Below are positions 55,930 to 64,000 of a stretch of DNA of 64,000 nt, piece by piece (the first letter of the stretch is position 1; each line of letters opens with the position of its first letter). Under the pieces are notes generated by a model. That model was given only the letters and a program-made list of their open reading frames with translations, was not told the origin of the DNA and did not search any database. Source of the DNA: Nitrospirota bacterium (lineage in GTDB: Bacteria; Nitrospirota; Thermodesulfovibrionia; Thermodesulfovibrionales; UBA1546); contig JACPZK010000032.1 in NCBI GenBank assembly GCA_016195565.1, forward strand, positions 26,851 to 90,850. The letters run 5' to 3'. The position numbers and the translations under genes were made by a program.

Positions 55930-56478
55930 ATGGATGACAAAACCAGAATAGAAAATGTTTTAAAGAAAATATCAAGATTTGATTTCTATATAAATTCCAC
56001 AAACACTAAGAGTTCTATTATCATAGCTTGGAATGGTACTGTCATTGGGACAATATTTCTAAAATATCATCAGGTTACCAGTTTATATGTTATTCATTTG
56101 TGGTCTTGCTATCTTTCAAACGTCTTGCTTGTGTTAATAGGAATAGCGAGTATATTTTCCATAGCTTATGTCTTTGATGTTATTTATCCCTTCTTAAAAG
56201 AAAAAGATAACATCAAGAAAGATGAAGATAATGGTAATGGCTCTGAATCGCTTTTTTTCTTCGGTTCTATAGCAAAACTATCCTGCAAAAAATACATTGA
56301 AAAAGAAAAAAAGACAGAGGAAAAAGATGTATTGGAAGATGTTTTAGAGCAATCTCATATATTGGCAAAAGGACTATTTGACAAAATGAATAACTTAAGA
56401 TTAAGCATCAATGCTATTAAGTTTCAGCTTTTCTTAATTTGTCTTCTAATAATCCTAAAAGGAGTAATTTTCTACTAA
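55930..56478 (+). CDS. Pycsar effector-like transmembrane protein (PycTM-like)
   Basis: 182 aa with helices at ~25-45, ~55-85 and ~160-180. ESLFFFGSIAKLSCKKYI...DVLEQSHILAKGLFDKMNNLRLSINAIKFQLF resembles the Pycsar-effector (DUF5706-type) pattern as I recall it. It lies adjacent to a class III cyclase. Confidence 0.5.
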   Translation: MDDKTRIENVLKKISRFDFYINSTNTKSSIIIAWNGTVIGTIFLKYHQVTSLYVIHLWSCYLSNVLLVLIGIASIFSIAYVFDVIYPFLKEKDNIKKDEDNGNGSESLFFFGSIAKLSCKKYIEKEKKTEEKDVLEDVLEQSHILAKGLFDKMNNLRLSINAIKFQLFLICLLIILKGVIFY

Positions 56479-56481
56479 CAA

Positions 56482-57276
56482 ATGAACAATAGAAAACCAT
56501 TCTCACTAAAATGGGTGCCAGGTTTTTACAAGACCATTACCAATAGATTAAAAATGCAAAAAGTCTTATTACGCGTTCGGATAAGAAATATTACAGATGG
56601 TCTTACTATGCCTGAGATTACAAATGTACCTATTGGAAGTGGGAAACGAATGGAGGCTGCGATTTTATTTTTTGACCTTAAAGACTTTACATCAATTACA
56701 TCTAAGCTCAAAAATGAACAGGTTCTTTATATGCTCAATACCATAATTCCACAGATGATGCACGTCGTAAAACGCTGGAGAGGTGAGATTGAAAAAAACA
56801 CTGGCGATGGAATTATGGCAATTATTGGCACCGAAACGAGAGACAGCTTTTTAATTGCAAGAGATGCGATAGAAACAGCTATGGCAATGCGATATATAAT
56901 GTTGAATGCTATTCAAGCCAACTTCATTGAGAAAGGTATTCCTTTTCTTAATTTTCGGATCGGCATAGATATGGGTGAAGTGTTAATTTCAAGGATAGGC
57001 ATTGACGGTACTAATCACCTTGTTGTTATCGGTGATGCAGCTAATCGAGCTTCTAAACTACAGGGATTTGCGTCATCAAATGGTATTGTGCTTGGAGAAA
57101 ATATGTACAGCAATCTTCATTCCTTGCTTCAAGGATATTGCAATGAAGAAAAACACGAAGACTGGAAATGGTCATACACTCAGCCAGAAAAGCCTTATAG
57201 GTTTTTCTCGTTCAATCTGGATTTTGCGGAGCCTTCTGAGTGGGTCAAAATAATAGCCCGATTGAAATACTTATAG
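56482..57276 (+). CDS. class III nucleotidyl cyclase (PycC-like)
   Basis: AILFFDLKDFTSIT (metal Asp), NTGDGIMAIIG (second Asp) and RIGIDMGEVLISRIGIDGTNHLVVIGDAANRASKLQ are the core motifs of adenylate/guanylate-cyclase-fold enzymes. It is a stand-alone 264-aa protein with no sensor domain. Confidence 0.75.
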   Translation: MNNRKPFSLKWVPGFYKTITNRLKMQKVLLRVRIRNITDGLTMPEITNVPIGSGKRMEAAILFFDLKDFTSITSKLKNEQVLYMLNTIIPQMMHVVKRWRGEIEKNTGDGIMAIIGTETRDSFLIARDAIETAMAMRYIMLNAIQANFIEKGIPFLNFRIGIDMGEVLISRIGIDGTNHLVVIGDAANRASKLQGFASSNGIVLGENMYSNLHSLLQGYCNEEKHEDWKWSYTQPEKPYRFFSFNLDFAEPSEWVKIIARLKYL

Positions 57277-57293
57277 GAAAAAACAGAATATGT

Positions 57294-57312
57294 CCCTTGC
57301 TGTTGATGAACC
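57294..57312 (+). repeat. left copy of the direct repeat bracketing mntA-hepT
   Basis: CCCTTGCTGTTGATGAACC; the core CTTGCNGTTGATGAAC recurs at 58073-58091. Confidence 0.7.
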
Positions 57313-57381
57313 TATCCTGAAATCTCGGCTCGGATATTGGTAAGATATAGACAGAGAATTTGAAGGAGGCGAAGGCGGAAA

Positions 57382-57723
57382 ATGAAAAAACAATCCAAAA
57401 GAACAACTGTGCTGACGCGTGAGCAAGTAATTTCAATCCTGAAAAAAGAACTGCCCTATCTGAAAGACAAATACGGCGTTGAAAGAATTGTCCTGTACGG
57501 CTCGTTCGCAAAAGACAGTCAGAAGAAAAAGAGCGATATAGATATCCTTGTAGACCTCCATAAAACTCTGGGATTGGAGTTCGTTGCACTCGCCGACACG
57601 CTTGAAGAAAAATTGGGGAGAAAAGTTGACGTTGCAACGTTTGAGCATTTCAAGAGGAGTTTTCATAATCCAAGGTATAGACATATTGCAGAAGATATTA
57701 AAAAGAGCATGATTTATGTCTAA
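57382..57723 (+). CDS. mntA: nucleotidyltransferase-domain antitoxin (MntA-type)
   Basis: ERIVLYGSFAKDSQKKKSDIDILVDL is the GS-x(n)-DxD minimal nucleotidyltransferase motif. It overlaps the HEPN gene by 8 nt. Confidence 0.8.
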   Translation: MKKQSKRTTVLTREQVISILKKELPYLKDKYGVERIVLYGSFAKDSQKKKSDIDILVDLHKTLGLEFVALADTLEEKLGRKVDVATFEHFKRSFHNPRYRHIAEDIKKSMIYV

Positions 57724-58066
57724 GAAACGAAGAGACAAGGATTTTCTCGGAGATATTAATGAGGCGATAAATCTGATCAGTCTCTACACGAAAGGGCTGA
57801 CCTATCGGAAGTTTCTTGAGGACAGGAAGGCGCAGGATGCTGTAGTTCGCAATCTTGAGGTAATTGGAGAGGCATCGAAAAACATAGCAGCAGCGTTCAA
57901 GGCTAAATATCCTGATGTCCCATGGAAGAAGGTCGCCGGATTAAGGGATAAACTCATTCATTTCTATTTTGGCATCGATTATAAGATTATCTGGAGCATC
58001 GTAAAAAAAGAACTCCCAAAGTTGCGTAAGCAGGTAAAAGAGATTTTAAAGCAGGAAGCCGATTAG
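57716..58066 (+). CDS. hepT: HEPN-domain (DUF86) toxin, HepT-type
   Basis: AVVRNLEVIGEASKNI and RDKLIHFYFGIDYKIIW (the R-x4-H HEPN motif). Confidence 0.8.
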   Translation: MSKKRRDKDFLGDINEAINLISLYTKGLTYRKFLEDRKAQDAVVRNLEVIGEASKNIAAAFKAKYPDVPWKKVAGLRDKLIHFYFGIDYKIIWSIVKKELPKLRKQVKEILKQEAD

Positions 58067-58072
58067 CCATAC

Positions 58073-58091
58073 CGCTTGCAGTTGATGAACG
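58073..58091 (+). repeat. right copy of the direct repeat bracketing mntA-hepT
   Basis: CGCTTGCAGTTGATGAACG; 15/16 identical to the core of the left copy. Confidence 0.7.
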
Positions 58092-58135
58092 CTCATAAAC
58101 GATTATTTGTTTGTATCTGAAGCTGCTAAAAATAT

Positions 58136-61018
58136 TTACATCTCCACCAGCAGCCCCCTGTGTGTGAAAAGCAGATAGGCTTTTGATTTCAGCGAAAGGA
58201 TTTTGCCTGCCGCTTCCTTGTAGATATCCATCTGAAACCTGTATTTTTCTGAGAGTAAAGGCATATCTTCATCTTTTACTGGAAATGTCTTGTAGTCATA
58301 AATTACGGCAGTATTGTTTTCAATGATTATCCTGTCAATTCTTCCCCTGAAAACAGCACTGCCTTTCTGAAGGATAAACGGCAGTTCCGCAAATGAATTT
58401 CCACGGGGCAGAATTATATTATTTAGGTGTCCGTTTACTTTCAGCGACTGAAAATCAGTAAGCACAATACCGCTGAGTTTCTGAATATCCTCGTCAGAAA
58501 GGAATTCATTTTTCAGCAGTGAGAGAGTTCTTTCATTTAAGCCTTCCGGCGTCAGAATTCCCTTTGAAAGCTCTTCAAACAGCCTGTGAAAAATCCTGCC
58601 GAGAATAACCCATTCTTCGCCGTGAGTTATCCGTATGTCCAAGTCCTCTGTAACGTCTCTCCATTTTACATCTGTCGTAAAAGTCAGCGGTTCTGTGAAT
58701 ACATGCTCCTGTGCAGTAAATCTTGGAGCATGAAGATCAGCACGAGAGGGAAGGGAAGCAGAATAAAGTTTCTCTATCTCCGCCTCGGTAAGTATTTCAA
58801 AGAAATCAGTTTTGCTGTTTATTTTTCTATTCTTTAGTACGTCAAAATTTTCTGTGAGATACGCAAGCCTTCCTGCAGGAGATTTCTCTTTGTTCAGAAC
58901 TCCGAGCATGCACAGAAAATCCCTGGCCCTTGTAACAGCCACGTAAAAAAGGCGTTTCCCTTCCTCAAGTTCTTTTTCCTTTCTTCGTGCGAACCCTGCG
59001 ATATTTTTCCTCTTTGCAGAATCTTCTTCATAAGCAATTGAGATACTGCTGCCTTCCTCGTCAATGACAATTGAACTGCTCCTCGGGGTATCCGGCTCGT
59101 CAAGAGACGGGAGGAATACCATAGGGAACTGAAGCCCTTTTGCGGCATGTATTGTCATTATTTTTACTGCGTTCATGCCCTCGGTGTTTATATTTGCCTT
59201 TGGCTCATCCCCATCCCTTGCCTTGATGAGTTTCTCCCGTATCTCAAGCACTGAAAACCCTGCTGATTCGTAGGACTCAATGAGCTTTATAAATTTCTTT
59301 ATGTTAGCCTGCCTCTGTTTTTCCCTGTAGTGTTTCCAGCCTTCTGTCTCTGTGAGCGCCTCTTCAAGTATTATTGCAAGCGGCGTGCTTCTTGATTTCT
59401 CTATCCAGCTATGAAGCATCCTGAATATCCCTGAGAATTCCAGTTCAGCCTGAAGTTTATTTATGAGAGGCTGGTTGTTTTCTCTACGAGTCGGTAGGCC
59501 AGCAATCAGATTTAAGAGGGTTTCATAATCAATTTCGAACAGCGGGCTTCTCAGCACGCAGAAAAGGCTGTAGTCATCATGAGGGTCAATAATTAAAGAA
59601 AGGAGTTCCCGCAGCAAAGCAACCTCCGGTTCGTCATAGAACCCGATGCCTTTCACCACAATAAAAGGTATATGCTCTTTTCTCAGTGCGCTCTCAAATA
59701 ATGTGAGGTGAGTCCTCTTTCTTAAAAGCACTGCCATGTCTCCGAAGGCGCAGGGCCTTTTCTTGTCTCCGTCGGATATTTCATATATGCCTGCAAGGGA
59801 TTTGATTCTTTTTGCCAAGGCAGACGCTTCTTTTGTGCGGCTTTTCTTGGTGTTGTCTCCTGCTTCTGCAAGCGCAAGCTCGACCCTTCCTTCTCCTTTC
59901 CTTGTTGCCTCAAAATGCGCGTATCTGGTCTGCCATGTCTCATGAAGGGCAGGAGGCATGAGTTTCTCAAAGAGGGCGTTTGCAAAGTTTATGATTGCAG
60001 GCAGGCTCCTGAAATTTTCTTTTGCTTCTTCAAAGTGATATTCATTGCCGAGCCATTCGGAAAGCCTGCTTTTTGCTTCTTCAAACACGCCTGCGTTTGC
60101 TCCCCTGAAGAGATAGATTGACTGCTTATCGTCTCCGACAAGGAATATCGTAGGAGTTTTCCCTCTGCTTCTCTTTGATCCAAGGCCCGAGCGCCATTCT
60201 TCTGTGAGTTTGTCTATAATCTGCCACTGGATTGAATTTGTATCCTGAAACTCATCAACGAGTATATGGTCTGTATGCTCGTCAAACGAATAGAGGATGT
60301 TTTGCCATTCAGGGTGGCTGGCAAGCGCCTCGTATGTCATGATCTCAAGGTCGTCAAAATCAAGGAGATGGCGTTCAAGTTTTTTGTTTTTATATTGTTC
60401 AAGGCATTGTGAGTAGAGTTTAAGAATTCTTTTTTCTTCTGAAAATCCCCCCTCGCCCCCCTTTGACAAAGGGGGGATGGGGGGATTTTTCTCATTTTCT
60501 GTGGACCTCAGCAGCAGTTCCGACACGGGTCTTTTTGCATACAGCGTATTGAGGATTGAAAATACCTTATCCCAGCCCTTAATCCCCCTGTCTTTCATCA
60601 TGTCAAAGAACAGCGCAGGCTTGTCTTTTTCTTCCATCACGCATTCATAAACGGCCTCTGACCAGAGGAGCGACGCCTCAAACTCATCCATGACATCAAG
60701 CGAAGGGTCTACTCCGAGTTCTATCGAAAAACGCTTTAGCAGTTTAAGGCAGAATGCGTGGATTGTTGATATTCTCATCAGCGGCATCTTTTCTTTAATC
60801 ATGAGGAACAGGCCGGGATTTTCCCTTTCAAGGATGTTAAAGATTCTTTCCTTCATCTCCGCCGCTGCCTTTTCCGTGAAGGTGATGCAGAGGATTTTTT
60901 CTATCTCAGAGCCGTCAAGGAGAAGGCTTATATACCGCCTTGCCAGCTTTTCTGTTTTGCCGGAGCCTGCAGGCGAGGAGATGATTACGCTTTTTTGGGT
61001 GTCAAGATAGCTGTTCAT
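58136..61018 (-). CDS. UvrD/AddA-family helicase with C-terminal PD-(D/E)XK nuclease domain
   Basis: I prefer the ATG at 61018 (MNSYLDTQKSVIISSPAGSGKT, Walker A). Motifs ILVDEFQDTN, IMTIHAAKGLQFP, YVAVTRAR and the C-terminal GRIDRIIIENNTAVIYDYKT. No addB-like partner gene is adjacent. Confidence 0.8.
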   Translation of the reverse strand: MNSYLDTQKSVIISSPAGSGKTEKLARRYISLLLDGSEIEKILCITFTEKAAAEMKERIFNILERENPGLFLMIKEKMPLMRISTIHAFCLKLLKRFSIELGVDPSLDVMDEFEASLLWSEAVYECVMEEKDKPALFFDMMKDRGIKGWDKVFSILNTLYAKRPVSELLLRSTENEKNPPIPPLSKGGEGGFSEEKRILKLYSQCLEQYKNKKLERHLLDFDDLEIMTYEALASHPEWQNILYSFDEHTDHILVDEFQDTNSIQWQIIDKLTEEWRSGLGSKRSRGKTPTIFLVGDDKQSIYLFRGANAGVFEEAKSRLSEWLGNEYHFEEAKENFRSLPAIINFANALFEKLMPPALHETWQTRYAHFEATRKGEGRVELALAEAGDNTKKSRTKEASALAKRIKSLAGIYEISDGDKKRPCAFGDMAVLLRKRTHLTLFESALRKEHIPFIVVKGIGFYDEPEVALLRELLSLIIDPHDDYSLFCVLRSPLFEIDYETLLNLIAGLPTRRENNQPLINKLQAELEFSGIFRMLHSWIEKSRSTPLAIILEEALTETEGWKHYREKQRQANIKKFIKLIESYESAGFSVLEIREKLIKARDGDEPKANINTEGMNAVKIMTIHAAKGLQFPMVFLPSLDEPDTPRSSSIVIDEEGSSISIAYEEDSAKRKNIAGFARRKEKELEEGKRLFYVAVTRARDFLCMLGVLNKEKSPAGRLAYLTENFDVLKNRKINSKTDFFEILTEAEIEKLYSASLPSRADLHAPRFTAQEHVFTEPLTFTTDVKWRDVTEDLDIRITHGEEWVILGRIFHRLFEELSKGILTPEGLNERTLSLLKNEFLSDEDIQKLSGIVLTDFQSLKVNGHLNNIILPRGNSFAELPFILQKGSAVFRGRIDRIIIENNTAVIYDYKTFPVKDEDMPLLSEKYRFQMDIYKEAAGKILSLKSKAYLLFTHRGLLVEM
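60442..60490. repeat. G/C-rich palindromic insertion in frame in the helicase CDS
   Basis: AAAATCCCCCCTCGCCCCCCTTTGACAAAGGGGGGATGGGGGGATTTTT. The coding strand gives NPPIPPLSKGGEGGFS. Confidence 0.75.
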
Positions 61019-61174
61019 GTTTGTCCTCAGAATAACACAGGGAGATTTTTGCTTGCAATGCCATTCATGTAAAAAGGATTTGCACACTTCGGGTTTTGGT
61101 GGTATTCTCAGGTAAGGAGGATGAATGAAACAGGGCTGGAGAAATTCTGAAAGATATAACTGTCGGAGGCTTTT

Positions 61175-62995
61175 TTGATTCCCATTATTCTCTTTCTCCT
61201 GTCAATTGGGCTGCAGTTGGCAGCGGCTGTGTCGGCCCTTCTGCTAATACGGATAACAGGCAGAAAGCTTGCGTGGATTTTCCTTTCTCTGGCTATGGCG
61301 CTTATGACATCACGCCGTATTCTATCCTTTGTTTCTTTTCTAATTGAGGGCCGGACAATAACTTTCGACCTGCCTGAAGTCATTGCCCTGATAATTTCTG
61401 CGCTCATGCTTGCAGGAGTCCTTCGCATCAGAACTTATTTTCATTCTATACGGACGGCGGAGAAAGCGCTGAGAGAAAGTGAAGAACGCTATAGAATCCT
61501 CTACGATAATGTCCCTACCATGAACTTTACTCTGGATACCTCCGGGAATGTGGTCTCACTCAACCAGTTTGCAGTAGGAGAGTTGGGGTATCAGCCTGAG
61601 GAGTTGATAGGCCGGCCGGTGCTTGACATCTTCTATGACGAGGACAAGCCCGCGCTTCTGAAACAGTTCGGAGAGGTTCTGCAAAATCCCGGCAGAGCTT
61701 ATGGATGGGAATTTCGCAAGGTTCATAAAGAGGGTCGTATTGTCTGGGTAAGAGAAATCGCCTGCACCGCAAAGGATCAGAAAGGCGATATAGTTGTACT
61801 TGTTGCATGTCAGGACATCACCGAACGCAGGAAACTCGAAGAACAACTCCGCCATATGCAGAAGATGGATGCAATAGGACAGTTTGCCGGAGGCATTGCG
61901 CATGACTTCAACAATATCCTTACAGCGATAGTTGGCTACGGACATATCGCACTGATGAAGATGGCAGCAGACGACCCGCAGCGTTTGAACATAGAGCATA
62001 TGCTTAAAGCGGCGGACAGGGCGGCTCACCTTACGCAGAACCTTCTCGTTTTAAGCAGAAAGCAGATAATGGATAGGAAGCCTGTGGACCTGAACGGGAT
62101 AATAAGGATGGTTGAAAAGCTTTTATTGAGGATTATAGGAGAGGATATAAAGGTTGAAACGATATTGCATGAAGGGGCCATAGATGTCTTTGCCGATTCC
62201 GGGCAGATAGAGCAGGTATTAATGAACCTTGCCACAAATGCCAGGGATGCCATGCTCCGAGCAGCTCGGAGGACCTTTACCATTGCAACAGAAGTAATAG
62301 AACTTGACAATGAATTCATAAAGATTCACGGGTACGGCAACCCCGGCGCATACGCACTTATAACAGTAACGGATACAGGCACAGGCATGGATGAGGCGAC
62401 AAGAGAAAGAATATTTGAGCCGTTCTTTACGACAAAGGAGGTCGGGAAAGGCACAGGGCTGGGGCTTTCAATAGTGTATGGTATAATCAAACAGCACGAC
62501 GGTTATATTAATTGCTATAGTGAAATAGGCAAGGGCACGGCATTAAAGATATATCTTCCTGTGTTTAAAACAGCAGCAGTTAAGGAAGTAAAGCCGGCAG
62601 AAACTGTTGGTATTCCTTTATCACGCGGAACAGAGACAATTTTGCTTGCAGAGGATGAAGCATCAGTCAGAAGACTCATCAGGGATGTGCTTAAAGAGTC
62701 AGGATATAAAGTCATAGAGGCGGTTGACGGAGAGGAAGCGGTGAGTAAATTTATGGAAAACAAAGATGCGATTGATCTTCTCCTGCTTGATGTTGTAATG
62801 CCTAAGATGAGCGGCAGAGAAGCATACGAGATAATCAAAAAGGTAAAGCCTGATATAAAACTGCTTATGACAAGCGGTTATTCAGCAGATTTCATCAGCA
62901 AAAAGGGAATAATTGAAGAGGGGTTGAACTTTTTAGCAAAGCCCATGTCTCCGGCAAATCTTCTGAAGAAGGTAAGAGAGGCGCTGGATAAATGA
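61175..62995 (+). CDS. hybrid sensor histidine kinase (TM + PAS + HisKA + HATPase + receiver)
   Basis: H-box [14 protein letters not shown]; N/G boxes [16 protein letters not shown] and GKGTGLGLS; receiver ILLAEDE...[13 protein letters not shown]...TSGY. TTG start, uncertain. Confidence 0.85.
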   Translation: MIPIILFLLSIGLQLAAAVSALLLIRITGRKLAWIFLSLAMALMTSRRILSFVSFLIEGRTITFDLPEVIALIISALMLAGVLRIRTYFHSIRTAEKALRESEERYRILYDNVPTMNFTLDTSGNVVSLNQFAVGELGYQPEELIGRPVLDIFYDEDKPALLKQFGEVLQNPGRAYGWEFRKVHKEGRIVWVREIACTAKDQKGDIVVLVACQDITERRKLEEQLRHMQKMDAIGQFAGGIAHDFNNILTAIVGYGHIALMKMAADDPQRLNIEHMLKAADRAAHLTQNLLVLSRKQIMDRKPVDLNGIIRMVEKLLLRIIGEDIKVETILHEGAIDVFADSGQIEQVLMNLATNARDAMLRAARRTFTIATEVIELDNEFIKIHGYGNPGAYALITVTDTGTGMDEATRERIFEPFFTTKEVGKGTGLGLSIVYGIIKQHDGYINCYSEIGKGTALKIYLPVFKTAAVKEVKPAETVGIPLSRGTETILLAEDEASVRRLIRDVLKESGYKVIEAVDGEEAVSKFMENKDAIDLLLLDVVMPKMSGREAYEIIKKVKPDIKLLMTSGYSADFISKKGIIEEGLNFLAKPMSPANLLKKVREALDK

Positions 62996-64000
62996 GGAAT
63001 AAAGATAGTTACAGGGTTATTGCTCAGGCATGTGCAGTGTCAACAGCAGGCATCGGATTCATTGCGATAATCGGCTGGCTTACAAATCTATGGCTGCTTC
63101 ACAGTATCAGGCCTGATTATATTCCCATGGCGCCCAGCACTGCATTGGCATTTATCATTATGGGCAGTTCATTATTTGCATCCGCACGCTGGGGCGCGCA
63201 TCATCTTGCAATCCTGTTCTCAAAAGTAGCCGCTGTTGTTATTGCTGTTTTTGCGCTGCTGATGCTTATCCAGTTTTCCCTCGGCACAGATTTCGGAATT
63301 GAAAAACTGCTTGCCGGTGAATCAGGGACCTTGCGCGGTTTTCCCACAGGCCGTATGTCACCTGTCACAGCTTCGGCCTTTCTTTTATCAGGATGGTCCC
63401 AGTTGTTTCTGCTTTGTATTCCTCAAGCGCCGAAATCCGGACGGTATCTTGTCGTTGTAATGGCAACCGGGGTTTTGATAATAGGGCTTGCAATCTTGAC
63501 CAGTTATTTGTTTGAAGCGCCTTTGCTTTATGGAGGAGCCGTAATACCGGTAGCCATGCCGACGGCTATTGCATTTGTGCTGTTGGGTTCGGGGCTGTTT
63601 GCCGCTGCAATGCCATATTTGTCCTTGTCTGTCTCAGGGGCTGATGTCTTGATTCGCACCATGCCAATATTCCACGGCCGCTATTTACCTTCGGCAGTTG
63701 TGGGCCTAACAGGGGTTCTAACATCCATTACCACATATGGCATTATCCACAAAAACAGGTCCTTTGAAAGCGCCCTGTTTGTTTTATCTGCGGGTCTGCT
63801 GTTTACAGCGCTGTTGACATTATATCTGCTAACGACGGAAAGATACGCGATAGCGTTGAAAGAATCCCTGGCCGAGCGTGATAAACTCATCTCTGAACTT
63901 CAGGATGCCCTTGCCAGAATAAAAACATTAAGAGGTTTTGTCCCCATTTGTTCTTATTGCAAGAAAATCAGAAATGATAAAAACTACTGGGAACATCTTG
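62992..64000 (+). CDS. polytopic membrane sensor-like protein with C-terminal ICxxCKKIR motif; 3' end outside window
   Basis: The ATG overlaps the upstream stop (ATGA). The frame stays open to the window edge (336 codons). About 8 hydrophobic helices, then ...LISELQDALARIKTLRGFVPICSYCKKIRNDKNYWEHL. Confidence 0.6.
   Translation, partial: MRNKDSYRVIAQACAVSTAGIGFIAIIGWLTNLWLLHSIRPDYIPMAPSTALAFIIMGSSLFASARWGAHHLAILFSKVAAVVIAVFALLMLIQFSLGTDFGIEKLLAGESGTLRGFPTGRMSPVTASAFLLSGWSQLFLLCIPQAPKSGRYLVVVMATGVLIIGLAILTSYLFEAPLLYGGAVIPVAMPTAIAFVLLGSGLFAAAMPYLSLSVSGADVLIRTMPIFHGRYLPSAVVGLTGVLTSITTYGIIHKNRSFESALFVLSAGLLFTALLTLYLLTTERYAIALKESLAERDKLISELQDALARIKTLRGFVPICSYCKKIRNDKNYWEHL

Noticed and set aside
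61108-61428. 106-aa minus-strand ORF
   Set aside because: It is antisense to the TM/N-terminal region of the hybrid histidine kinase. It would sit where an addB-like partner might be expected, but it shows no similarity to one.
1-64000. Search for tRNA, rRNA, SRP RNA near ffh, and known riboswitch cores
   Set aside because: I found no T-loop-type GGTTCGAAT/GGTTCAAAT contexts with acceptor stems, no rRNA-like conserved blocks and no recognisable riboswitch consensus by eye. A covariance-model scan is still needed to be sure.

Overview
A 64-kb chromosomal segment from a low-to-moderate GC bacterium, probably an uncultured anaerobe. Supporting gene content: PPDK, many radical SAM enzymes, DUF3786, HD-GYP/GGDEF signalling, and the Gram-negative envelope genes GT9 and SLT. 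Phylum cannot be assigned from sequence alone. Most of the window is housekeeping: ppdK, secA, ffh-rpsP-KH protein, rnr, hisS, divIVA-yggT-proC-yggS, rnc, recO, nadA, dcd, pyrF, trxA, a TrpE/PabB-family synthase and an aminotransferase. The 5' end carries a sulfur-trafficking neighbourhood: a mini DsrE/F/H-like trio, a rhodanese, YeeE/YedE, TusA and DUF1858. Four small accessory islets interrupt the core. (i) 12.0-14.9 kb: a ParE toxin-antitoxin pair, a frameshifted SIMPL gene, and a three-gene module with a tandem-RHH protein and a DUF4258-like protein. (ii) 34.7-37.6 kb: a decayed Phd/ParE pair, a nested palindromic element, a radical SAM/SPASM enzyme with a Cys-terminated 66-aa peptide (candidate RiPP), and an internally deleted integrase. 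(iii) 44.6-45.6 kb: two membrane proteins of unknown function between rnr and hisS. (iv) 55.7-58.1 kb: a Pycsar-like operon (small ORF, TM effector, class III cyclase) next to MntA/HepT, which is bracketed by a 16-nt direct repeat. The window is also peppered with two repeat classes. One is tandem heptanucleotide repeats. The other is MITE-like nested palindromes with TGTCAT...ATGACA ends, together with G/C-rich palindromes. Several copies of both classes lie in frame inside conserved genes. I found no rRNA, tRNA or CRISPR array. All assignments rest on reading the translations and motifs by eye; no database search was run.
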